Shown piece by piece: positions 19,659-27,796 of a stretch of DNA of 64,000 nt. How positions within the stretch are numbered: position 1 is the first letter of the stretch; each line of letters starts with the position of its first letter. The notes beneath the pieces are model-generated. The model was given only the letters and a program-made list of their open reading frames with translations, searched no databases and was not told the origin of the DNA. This DNA is from an uncultured Polyangiaceae bacterium (GTDB lineage: Bacteria; Myxococcota_A; Polyangia; Polyangiales; Polyangiaceae). The translations under genes were made by a program, and so were the position numbers. Location of the stretch: the NCBI GenBank assembly GCA_965369205.1, contig CBDUPW010000009.1, forward strand, positions 1,905 through 65,904, given 5' to 3'.

Positions 19659-20843
19659 TCACTCGGGGATGGCGACGACGACGATGGTGTTGTTGTGGTA
19701 GCCGTCGAGGCGTCCGGGGTCCCGGGCGACTTCGCCGTAGCTGGAGAAGCCCGCGATGGGCACGTCCGGGAATACGTTGCGGATGGCGTCGACCTCGCCG
19801 CTGTAGCGTTCGCCCAGCGTCATGCCGCGGCAGACGCAACTGAAGACTAGAATGCCAGCGGCGGCGCGACCGTCGAGCGCGTCCTTGGCTTGTTGTGCGG
19901 CTTCCCTGGCGGCGTCCAAGATGGCGTGGGGTGCGCCGCGCACGATGCAAACCTGAGCGCTCTCGGGAACTTCGCCCGCGCAGAAGAGGGAGCCGTCCTT
20001 GAGCACGCGCAGAGGCGCCCGCACGCGCACGATCTGCTCGAAGAGTAACACGCCCAATTCGTTTTCGATCAAGTACTGCCCGATAGGCACGGATTCCAGG
20101 TCGATGCCGCGCGACTTGGCGTGGTCGCGATACACGTCCATGGCGGGGCGGCCGTCGATTTCGTGCACGATGTTGCCGCTGGCGCGAGTGACGGTCATGC
20201 GCGGCGAGACCTGCGACAGTCCGTGACCCATGCCGGTGGCCCAAGGCGTGGGGGACCAGAAGTGCGCGACGACGACACCACCTTCTGCGACGCCCGCGTT
20301 GCTACCGACCACGGTCTTCACCAGCGCGCCTTCGTCGGCCGCTCCAGCGCCCACGATCAGGTGGTCATCGGGCAAGTGCTTGCGGATCTCGACGACAAGT
20401 TGCTCGAAGGTCGGTGACAGTCCGTCGCCGAACAGGATGCAGCAACGGTGGCGCCGGCCGCGGGCGCGGTGTTCGCCGGACCGCGCGTCGGCTTCGCTGC
20501 AGAGCGTCTTGAGAAGCTTCTTTGCGTTCTTGCCTAAGGGCTGGGCTTCGTTCAAGAGGTGGCGGGTGTCTGGCGCGCCGACTAGGAGCACGCCCATGCC
20601 TTCACGCGTCAGTCCGCGCTCGGTGATCTCACCGGCAGTGGTTGTGGCCAGGATGTCGACGTCTTCGAGGCGTGCCTTGGCTTCCTGGACGACCTGCTCG
20701 AGATCGTATTTCGGCGATGCGAAAATGAACGCGAGATCCGCTTTGCGATCGCCCAACGCGGCGAGCGCTGGGGCGATGGACTCGTCCACGGCCGCGCTTG
20801 CGTCGGCGGCGATGGAAGCCCCACTGCTACAGATCGTAGACAT
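19659..20843 (-). CDS. FIST-domain sensory protein
   Basis: FIST-N/FIST-C arrangement, ending ...GFSSYGEVA.... Start at M12 (20843) or M1 (20876). No output domain is fused. Confidence 0.75.
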   Translation of the reverse strand: MSTICSSGASIAADASAAVDESIAPALAALGDRKADLAFIFASPKYDLEQVVQEAKARLEDVDILATTTAGEITERGLTREGMGVLLVGAPDTRHLLNEAQPLGKNAKKLLKTLCSEADARSGEHRARGRRHRCCILFGDGLSPTFEQLVVEIRKHLPDDHLIVGAGAADEGALVKTVVGSNAGVAEGGVVVAHFWSPTPWATGMGHGLSQVSPRMTVTRASGNIVHEIDGRPAMDVYRDHAKSRGIDLESVPIGQYLIENELGVLLFEQIVRVRAPLRVLKDGSLFCAGEVPESAQVCIVRGAPHAILDAAREAAQQAKDALDGRAAAGILVFSCVCRGMTLGERYSGEVDAIRNVFPDVPIAGFSSYGEVARDPGRLDGYHNNTIVVVAIPE

Positions 20844-20996
20844 ACTCAAAGCCGACCCCTCGTTCGGCAGCACCACGTTGGCACCGGGGGTCAGGATAAA
20901 CCTAAGACGCTTGGAGCAGAACGGGGCCTGCCTCCGAAAGCTATGTTTTCGACGACGCTTGACGGGGCGACAAAGCGGAAGTGCTCTTGCAACAAG

Positions 20997-22415
20997 ATGT
21001 CCTGTCGCTCGACCTGCTTGATCTCATTGATGTTTGTCGCGTGTTGTCCTCAGCCGCCGCCGGCCCAAGCACCGCCCGGCGCGCCGGCCGGTTCGGAAAT
21101 GCCTGCGCAGGCGCCCACTGCCGTGACTGTGGAAATGCCACCGGAAGAGGTAACGGAGCCGAATGCAGTGGCGACGGTGGCCGTCGGCGAAATCGCCGAC
21201 GCCGACGGTTGGTCGACGTTTCACGGCGGTCCTGCCAGAACCGGCGCGAGCAGTGCGCCCGCGGTTTCTGCGCCGCGCGTGCTGTGGTCTGCGCGCGTGG
21301 GGATCCAAGGCTACTTAAACGGTCCCATCGTACTGGGAGACCAAGTTGTGATCGTGTCGAGCTCCGGCACCGCCCACAACAAACCGGATCCTGAGGACGG
21401 CGTGTACGCACTGGACTTCAAGACCGGCAAGCGCGCGTGGCACGCGCACTTCGACCAGGACGCCAACGGCATTGCCGCAACCAAAAGCCATGTGTTTGCA
21501 ACGAGTGACGATGGTCACGTGTACGCCCTGGATCTGAAGTCTGGGGCGGTGGCTTGGAAGCAGAGTGGCAAAGGCAAGATGTATTCGCATCCGCTGATCG
21601 TGGACGGGAAGGTGATCGTCGGCGACGCTATGGGCAACTTGCGCGCCTTTGACGTTACGGACGGCAAGCCGGCTTGGAGCGTTGGATTCGTGGGCGCCAT
21701 TCGCGGTGGCGCCTCTGCAGACGCCTCGGCGATCTACGTCACGTCTCAAGGCGGCGACGTCGCGAAACTGAGCTTCGCGGGCAAGGTAATCTGGAAGAAG
21801 CGCGTGATGCGGCCGCCCTGGGATGGGCAGGGCAAAGCCGAAGCTATTGAGACTTACGCGCCGCCGCTGCTCGACGGCGGCATGTTGATCATCCCCTTCG
21901 CGCGGGACACTTACTACAAGGACGTGCCTGCGCTATTGGCGCTCGATAGCAAGAACGGCAAAGAACGCTGGCGTTCGAAGGGGCCGGGATCCTGGGGGAA
22001 TTTGCGGCTCTTGCCCGTCAGCGCGGCGGGCGCGCTGGTCTATGCGGAGCCGTACTCTGGCGACATCGTTGGCATCGCGAGCTCCACGGGGCGCATGCTG
22101 TGGCGCAACACAGCGGGGCCGTGTTTCTTCCCAAGTTGGTCGTCGCCGGCCGCCGCGGGTGATGTGGCGTACGTGGCGCGCTTTGACGGGACCCTGCACG
22201 CAGTGCGCGCTGCGAGTGGCAAGGAACTGTGGCAGGTCTACTTGGGTGACAAGCGCCACGCAGGCAAGCCGCGTCCCAGTTTTCCTAAGGCAAAGTACGG
22301 TTGTGAGTGGCAGGTGCCCGTCGGCAACCCGATCTACTCACCCGTCGCCGTCGCTAACAACGGGACGATCTTGGTTGGGAGCGGGGAGGGCTTTCTCTAC
22401 GCCCTCGGTAACTGA
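20997..22415 (+). CDS. PQQ-like (BamB-type) beta-propeller repeat lipoprotein
   Basis: Repeated blades of the form DGxVYALDxxTGKxxW (GVYALDFKTGKRAWHA, HVYALDLKSGAVAWK, LRAFDVTDGKPAWS, LHAVRAASGKELWQ). Cys-containing signal (LISLMFVACC). Start uncertain (20943 or 20997). Confidence 0.75.
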   Translation: MSCRSTCLISLMFVACCPQPPPAQAPPGAPAGSEMPAQAPTAVTVEMPPEEVTEPNAVATVAVGEIADADGWSTFHGGPARTGASSAPAVSAPRVLWSARVGIQGYLNGPIVLGDQVVIVSSSGTAHNKPDPEDGVYALDFKTGKRAWHAHFDQDANGIAATKSHVFATSDDGHVYALDLKSGAVAWKQSGKGKMYSHPLIVDGKVIVGDAMGNLRAFDVTDGKPAWSVGFVGAIRGGASADASAIYVTSQGGDVAKLSFAGKVIWKKRVMRPPWDGQGKAEAIETYAPPLLDGGMLIIPFARDTYYKDVPALLALDSKNGKERWRSKGPGSWGNLRLLPVSAAGALVYAEPYSGDIVGIASSTGRMLWRNTAGPCFFPSWSSPAAAGDVAYVARFDGTLHAVRAASGKELWQVYLGDKRHAGKPRPSFPKAKYGCEWQVPVGNPIYSPVAVANNGTILVGSGEGFLYALGN

Positions 22416-23657
22416 TACGGCTTTTGCCGGCCCCGGCGTCGGCACCCACTCAAGGGGGTCCTTCTTTTGGCCACCTTGCTCGATGGTGTCTAGCCCCTCG
22501 AAGGGATCGGATACCGCGCGGTCGATCACGCCCACATCCAAGGTTGCCGCAATCTCTGGTTCTTCACCGCCGCCGAGCTTGGGCGCGGGGGTCGACGGTA
22601 CGTTGCGATCGAGCGGGGGCGTTTTCCACGCGCCTTCGACGATCGCGAGGGCGCGCGCCATCACCGGGATGTGCGCGCAGTGGGCGGCCTCGTTGGTGCC
22701 GGCGTAAGACCACACGTGCAGGTTGCCCTGATCCACGTTGGATTTGGCGTAAAACGGCGAACCGTCGCTTTCGACGGAAGTGCGCGTAAGCCCCAGCTCG
22801 TGCAGCAAGAGCTCGGCGGTGGCCGAGGTGGACGGATACTTTTCCGGGTCGACGTCCGAGTGGCTGAAGATGAAGATCTTCTTGCCGTGCAGGGCCTTCT
22901 TTGCGTACTCGAAGGTCGGCGTGAGCGTGTGGCTGCTCAGGGATTTGAGTGAGCCGTCGCGCTTCGATGCCGCGGGGTTCCAGGCGGCGTGGAGTCCGTC
23001 CAGCAGAATGACGGCGTCGACGCGGTCGTCGCCATGCTTGAGGATCTCGTTGATGGCGCCATAGCCGGCACTCCAGGCAGAGAGTGCGACGTGCCGGATG
23101 TGGGCGCCGTCATCGTGGGTATGGTGTTTCAACGCGCTTTCGACGGAGCGCAGTAGTTCCGGGAATACATCCGGGCGTTGGAAGGCGTTGGAGTACGGCC
23201 CGCTACCCAGGCCCTTGTCGATGCCGACATAAGCGACGCCGTTTGCGACCTGCACCAGAGTCTTGCGCACGGCAGAGTAGCCGTGGAAGTGGATCACGAC
23301 GTCGAAGCCCATGTTCGCCGTGTGTCCGCCCTTTTGGGGAATAGCAATGCGACCCATGTTCAGGTTGCGGTAGGGCGCGTAGGGCCCAAGACCGATAGGG
23401 TCGTGGGGATTGCATTCGTGAAAACCCTTGGCGCGCAGCGCGTCGGTCAGCGGTTCGAGGGTGCGTCGCTCGCGCTCGACGGGTGCCGCGGTGACGTGCG
23501 GTGCTTCCGGGGTCGCCAGCCGGGCCAGCACCGCTGTGGCTCCAGCGCCGCCGCCCGCAGCGACGAGCAGCGCGGCGGCCACCACTCCGACGCCGCCGAT
23601 GCTCAAGGCGCGCCGAAAGATGTCGGCGTCGGATTGGGGCTTTTCCGGCGGCTTCAC
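22338..23657 (-). CDS. membrane-anchored alpha/beta-hydrolase-like protein
   Basis: Only the C-terminal 439 codons of ORF 22338..24791 look coding; the rest is antisense to the UbiB-like gene. Proposed GTG at 23657 (alternative 23687), then TM helix ALSIGGVGVVAAALLVAAGG. Nucleophile-elbow-like ALSAWSAGYG after a HFHG strand. Confidence 0.55.
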   Translation of the reverse strand: MKPPEKPQSDADIFRRALSIGGVGVVAAALLVAAGGGAGATAVLARLATPEAPHVTAAPVERERRTLEPLTDALRAKGFHECNPHDPIGLGPYAPYRNLNMGRIAIPQKGGHTANMGFDVVIHFHGYSAVRKTLVQVANGVAYVGIDKGLGSGPYSNAFQRPDVFPELLRSVESALKHHTHDDGAHIRHVALSAWSAGYGAINEILKHGDDRVDAVILLDGLHAAWNPAASKRDGSLKSLSSHTLTPTFEYAKKALHGKKIFIFSHSDVDPEKYPSTSATAELLLHELGLTRTSVESDGSPFYAKSNVDQGNLHVWSYAGTNEAAHCAHIPVMARALAIVEGAWKTPPLDRNVPSTPAPKLGGGEEPEIAATLDVGVIDRAVSDPFEGLDTIEQGGQKKDPLEWVPTPGPAKAVSVTEGVEKALPAPNQDRPVVSDGDG

Positions 23658-23819
23658 GGCAGGGAAGTCTATGCATTCCCGGACGAATGGAAAGCAAAGG
23701 ACAGATGTTCCATCGTCACTGGAATGTCGAATCGGTCCCAGTGCGGGGGATTCCTGTGAATCGACGCGGGTTTGGAATGCGGAGCCACGCTTCGCTGTAA
23801 CCTCTGGGAGAGGGCCATC

Positions 23820-25148
23820 GTGCTGCGAACCATTCGCGCGCTGTTTATGTTCTGGACGATTTTTCTGTCCTATGGACTGACGTGGCTGATCGACAAAGTG
23901 CTGCCCAAGGCCCAGAGCGAGCGTCTGTGGCGCTTCGTGCACGAGAGCAACGCGCGGCGCCTCGCGACCGGGTTTTCTAGGTTGCGCGGTGTCTTCATCA
24001 AGGTCGGTCAGGTGCTGAGCGTGATCGGCACCTTCTTGCCCAAAGCCTACGGGCGCGCTTTGGAGAGCCTTCAAGACAAGGTGCCGCCTCGACCCTTTTC
24101 CGAAATCGAGGGCCGGCTGACGGAGGCACTGGGACCGAACCCGCTGGACCGCTTCAAGAGCTTCGACCAAGTGCCCTTGGCGGCGGCGTCGTTGGCTCAG
24201 GTGCACCGTGCCGTCGCCAAAGATGGCACTGAAGTGGCGGTCAAGGTGCTGTACCCGGGCATCGAGAAGCTGATCCGGCGCGACTTGGCGGTGTTGCGCT
24301 CCATCTTGCCCTTTTTGCGGATCGTGTTTCCGATTTCGCGGCAAGAACGCGTGCTCGATCAGCTCTCTGCCATGTTGGAGCGTGAAACCAACTACGCCAA
24401 CGAGCGTAAGAATATGGAGCGCATCCGAGAGATTTTCACGGGACGCGACGATGTTGTGGTGCCGCAGGTCTTGGAAGAGCTGACGAACAAAGGTGTCTTG
24501 ACGATGACCTTCGAGCAGGGAACGAAGATCAACGACTTCAAATTGCTCAAGGCTGCGGGCGTCGACCAAGAGGAAGTCGGGAAGCTCCTGGTCGAGTGCT
24601 ATTTCAAGATGCTGCTCGAGAATCGCATCTTTCACGCCGACCCCCACCCGGGGAATTTCCTGGTGCGACCCGGGCCGCAGCTCGTTATTTTGGATTACGG
24701 CGCGGTGGAGGAAGTCACGGACGATCTCGCCGAGGGCATGAAGCTCGTGGTGCTTGGCGCTGTGACGCGCAGTGACGATCAAGTGCTGCAAGGACTAGAG
24801 CGCATGGGATTCGTGGCCGAAGGTGGCGACAAGGAGCTGCTGGCCAACGTGGGGCGCGAGTACCTTGCGGTGCTTTCGAGCGTGAACATCACGAACTTCG
24901 CGCAGCTGGACCGCGACACGATCGAGAAGCTGAGCGGCTACGATCAAGTGCGGGGCAAGTTGCGCGACATCATGCGCAGCGTCGAATACCCCGAGGGCTA
25001 TTTCTACGTGGAGCGCACTCTGGTGCTGTTGTTCGGCCTGGTGGGCTCTTTGGCGCCCAACGCTGGCCTGGCGGGGCTGGTGCTGCCCCATGCGTCGCGC
25101 GCTTTCGCTATGGGCATGCAAGTGCCCCCGCCCAGTGCCAGCGCATGA
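23820..25148 (+). CDS. ABC1/UbiB-family atypical kinase
   Basis: Family motifs ...PLAAASLAQVHRAVAKDGTEVAVKVLYPGIEKLIRRDL... and FHADPHPGNF. GTG at 23820 preferred over the ORF-track start at 23772. Confidence 0.88.
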   Translation: MLRTIRALFMFWTIFLSYGLTWLIDKVLPKAQSERLWRFVHESNARRLATGFSRLRGVFIKVGQVLSVIGTFLPKAYGRALESLQDKVPPRPFSEIEGRLTEALGPNPLDRFKSFDQVPLAAASLAQVHRAVAKDGTEVAVKVLYPGIEKLIRRDLAVLRSILPFLRIVFPISRQERVLDQLSAMLERETNYANERKNMERIREIFTGRDDVVVPQVLEELTNKGVLTMTFEQGTKINDFKLLKAAGVDQEEVGKLLVECYFKMLLENRIFHADPHPGNFLVRPGPQLVILDYGAVEEVTDDLAEGMKLVVLGAVTRSDDQVLQGLERMGFVAEGGDKELLANVGREYLAVLSSVNITNFAQLDRDTIEKLSGYDQVRGKLRDIMRSVEYPEGYFYVERTLVLLFGLVGSLAPNAGLAGLVLPHASRAFAMGMQVPPPSASA

Positions 25149-26593
25149 AGCGAGTGGTTCTAATCGCCGCGGCACTGTTCGTTACTTCATGCGCGTCAGA
25201 GCCGCCGCGTGCAGCAGGCGGCAAGAGCGCACGGGTGGAGAGCTGTCACTACGAAGCGCGGGTCGCGAAGACGACTCCGCTGCTACTGGACGTGCGCGTG
25301 CAATGCGCCGCTCGTGGGCCACTTGCCTTTGTTGCTTCGGAGCGACCAGCGGCGCGACACATTTCGAAGATCGTGGACGCCAGGGGACGTGCCCTTCAGC
25401 GCCAGGGTGCGACTTTCAGCATGCCGTCCGACGCCGTAACCACTGCGTCTTTCAGCTATCGCGTGGATTTGGACGGCGTGGCCCGGGACGCGGAGTCTTT
25501 CGACATTGCACTGCGCAGCGGGCGCTCGCTGATCGCGCCGACATCGACGTGGATCCTGCGTCCGGAGCCTCACACCGGCCATACGGAGATCACGCTGCGG
25601 GTGCATACGCCGAAAGACATGGGCTTCGTGACGGGACTCACGCCGGTGGGTGACGGCTACCGCATGGACGCCCACGAACTGCGCGTCTCGACCTACGCCG
25701 TCTTCGGCCCCCACCATGTCGAGACCCTCATGCTTCCGGGGCCCCTGTCCCAGGCACGGGCGAGCAGCTCGCAAAGCCGCTTGACGGTTGCGTTCGCGGA
25801 CGGGCCCCTCGATCTGAAGCGCGAGGTCGTGACGGACTGGGTTGGAGGCTCGGCCCGGGCAGTGGGCAAATTCTGGGGCGGGTTTCCCGTGCAGCATGGC
25901 CTGGTCGTCGTGCTGCCTTCCGAGGGACAACGCGGCGTCTCTTTTGGCAAGGTGCTGCCGGAGAGCTCGCCGGGCATCGTGATCGTACTCGGCGAGAAGA
26001 GCGACGCCGAATCCCTGAAGGACGATTGGGTCTTGGTGCATGAGTTGTTTCACTTGGGCTTCCCGTCGTTCCAGGGCGAAGGCAAGTGGCTCGACGAAGG
26101 GCTCGCGACCTACTACGAGCCCATCATCCGCGCGCGCGCCGGCACAAAGACGGAGAACGAAGTGTGGGCCGAGTTTGCGCATGCCATGCCGCAAGGTTTG
26201 CCGGCGATGCAGAACGAAGGACTCGAAAACACCAAATCCTATCGAGGTATCTACTGGGGCGGCGCGCTGATGGCGCTGCTGGCAGACGTCGAGATCCGCG
26301 AGCGCAGCGCTGGCAAACAGGGACTCGAAGCGGGACTGTTCAAGGTTCTTGAAGCAGGCGGCAATGCTTCCGAAGTGTGGACGCTGGAGCAGGCCATGCG
26401 GGTATGCGACGCCTCTGCGGGACTTGGAACGCTACGCGCTCTGGCGGAGCGCCACGCCCACCGCGGTTCTCCCGTCGACCTAGACGCGCTGTGGCGCAAA
26501 CTTGGCGTGGTTCGGTTGCGGCGGGGCGTGCGATTAACCGATGACGCGCCTCTGAGTCAGATCCGCAAAGCCATTGTTTTCGGAGCACCGTGA
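25145..26593 (+). CDS. zinc metallopeptidase lipoprotein (gluzincin, M61/M1-like)
   Basis: ATGA overlap with the preceding stop. Lipobox LFVTSC. HEXXH plus downstream Glu (VLVHELFHLGFPSFQGEGKWLDEGLATYYEP), resembling the M61 EG-x-T-x-YY region. Confidence 0.7.
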   Translation: MKRVVLIAAALFVTSCASEPPRAAGGKSARVESCHYEARVAKTTPLLLDVRVQCAARGPLAFVASERPAARHISKIVDARGRALQRQGATFSMPSDAVTTASFSYRVDLDGVARDAESFDIALRSGRSLIAPTSTWILRPEPHTGHTEITLRVHTPKDMGFVTGLTPVGDGYRMDAHELRVSTYAVFGPHHVETLMLPGPLSQARASSSQSRLTVAFADGPLDLKREVVTDWVGGSARAVGKFWGGFPVQHGLVVVLPSEGQRGVSFGKVLPESSPGIVIVLGEKSDAESLKDDWVLVHELFHLGFPSFQGEGKWLDEGLATYYEPIIRARAGTKTENEVWAEFAHAMPQGLPAMQNEGLENTKSYRGIYWGGALMALLADVEIRERSAGKQGLEAGLFKVLEAGGNASEVWTLEQAMRVCDASAGLGTLRALAERHAHRGSPVDLDALWRKLGVVRLRRGVRLTDDAPLSQIRKAIVFGAP

Positions 26594-27564
26594 CCGACAA
26601 GCCTGGCGTCTGGGTCGAGTTTCTCTCCGATCCGGAGGTGCGCTCTGCGTTGCCCGCAGTTGCGCCCTATTTGGGGCGCATCCATCTGTCGGTTTCCACG
26701 ACGCGCTTCTTCTCAGACGAATTCGCTGCACTCACGCGGCAGGCGAAAGAATGCGGGCTTGACGTGTATCTCTGGCCGCTGTTCCCCATTGAGCGCGGCT
26801 ACTGGCTAGGAGAGCACAACGCCGCCGAATTGCAGGAAGTGATGCAGGGCTTGTTGCGTTGGCGCGACGCGCCCGGGGGGCCGAGCTTCGACGGAGTGTC
26901 CTTTGATTTGGAACCCGGCCATGCCTACGCAGAGCGGCTGCGCACTTCTAAGTTGCACCGCCTGCCCAGCTTGTTGATCGAGCACGTCGATCCAGCCGCG
27001 TTCGAGCGCGCACGGCTGCTATTCGCGCGGGCTTTGGACACTTTGCACCAGGGACAGTTGCGGGCGCACGCGGTGGCGTTCCCGCTGGTGCTGGACGACG
27101 CGCCCGGCGACCGTGTGTTGGAGGACGCTTTGGACACGCCCGTGTCGGATCTGGATTGGGACGAGGTTTCCTTCATGGTGTACCAGACCGCGTTCACCCA
27201 ACTTGCTGGCGTCTGGTTTGGTCCCGCGCTGGTATCCGCCTACGCGCAGGCTGCGGTCGCGCGTTTCGGCGAGCGCGCGGGGCTCGATTTGGGCGTCGTG
27301 GGCGGTCCTGCACTTGGGCTCGACGCGGGGGATCGGTATCCGAACCCCTCGGCGTTGGAGTCGGATCTTGCCGCGGCACACGGGGCTGGCATTCCCTACA
27401 GCAAGATCCGGGTGTACGGACTTGCCGGCTTGCTCGAAGAAGGCGGCGCGAGACGTTGGCTCGGACAGTTGCCGACCGGCGCGACGCCGGCGATCAGTCA
27501 GGAAACGACTGGATTGCGCGCCGGCATCCAGGCCCTGTCGCGTGCGCTCAAAGCAGCGACTTGA
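26590..27564 (+). CDS. hypothetical protein (possibly TIM-barrel-like)
   Basis: GTG start overlapping the peptidase stop (GTGA). 324 aa of balanced composition. No motif recognised. Confidence 0.5.
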   Translation: MTDKPGVWVEFLSDPEVRSALPAVAPYLGRIHLSVSTTRFFSDEFAALTRQAKECGLDVYLWPLFPIERGYWLGEHNAAELQEVMQGLLRWRDAPGGPSFDGVSFDLEPGHAYAERLRTSKLHRLPSLLIEHVDPAAFERARLLFARALDTLHQGQLRAHAVAFPLVLDDAPGDRVLEDALDTPVSDLDWDEVSFMVYQTAFTQLAGVWFGPALVSAYAQAAVARFGERAGLDLGVVGGPALGLDAGDRYPNPSALESDLAAAHGAGIPYSKIRVYGLAGLLEEGGARRWLGQLPTGATPAISQETTGLRAGIQALSRALKAAT

Positions 27565-27796
27565 CGATGACGACGTCAACCAGGTCTACGCGGGGATTCA
27601 ACTCGACCCGGCGTAGTTCAACGGATCGGGCCCTTGATTGGCATCCAAAATTAGTTTGTATGCTTATCGCTTTCTGCGCACCAACACCCCCGCCACCGTC
27701 GGTCGGTTATCCTGCCACTTTCGGTCGCTCCTCCTGCCGCCACCGTCGGTCTACGGTCAGTTCACCGTGGGCTAGCGCGCTCAAAGCAGCGACTTG
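27544..27796. repeat. 20-nt exact direct repeat (GCGCTCAAAGCAGCGACTTG) at 27544-27563 and 27777-27796 bracketing an AT-richer spacer
   Basis: Read directly from the sequence. Copy 1 supplies the last codons and stop context of the + gene (…ALKAAT*). Copy 2 supplies the last codons of the - gene (…CKSLL*). The spacer contains a second 15-nt direct repeat CCGCCACCGTCGGTC (27690-27704 and 27737-27751). Confidence 0.9.

Noticed and set aside
23658-24791. N-terminal approximately 380 residues of ORF 22338..24791
   Set aside because: This part is antisense to the UbiB-like kinase gene, which has strong motifs. Only the part from the GTG near 23657 (TM helix plus hydrolase-like domain) is called.
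27600-27650. GCGTAGTTCAACGGAT, reminiscent of a tRNA 5' half (acceptor plus D-arm), inside the AT-richer insert
   Set aside because: The D-stem does not close (GTTC is not followed by GAAC). No anticodon or T arm follows, so it is not a tRNA gene. At most it is a very decayed fragment.
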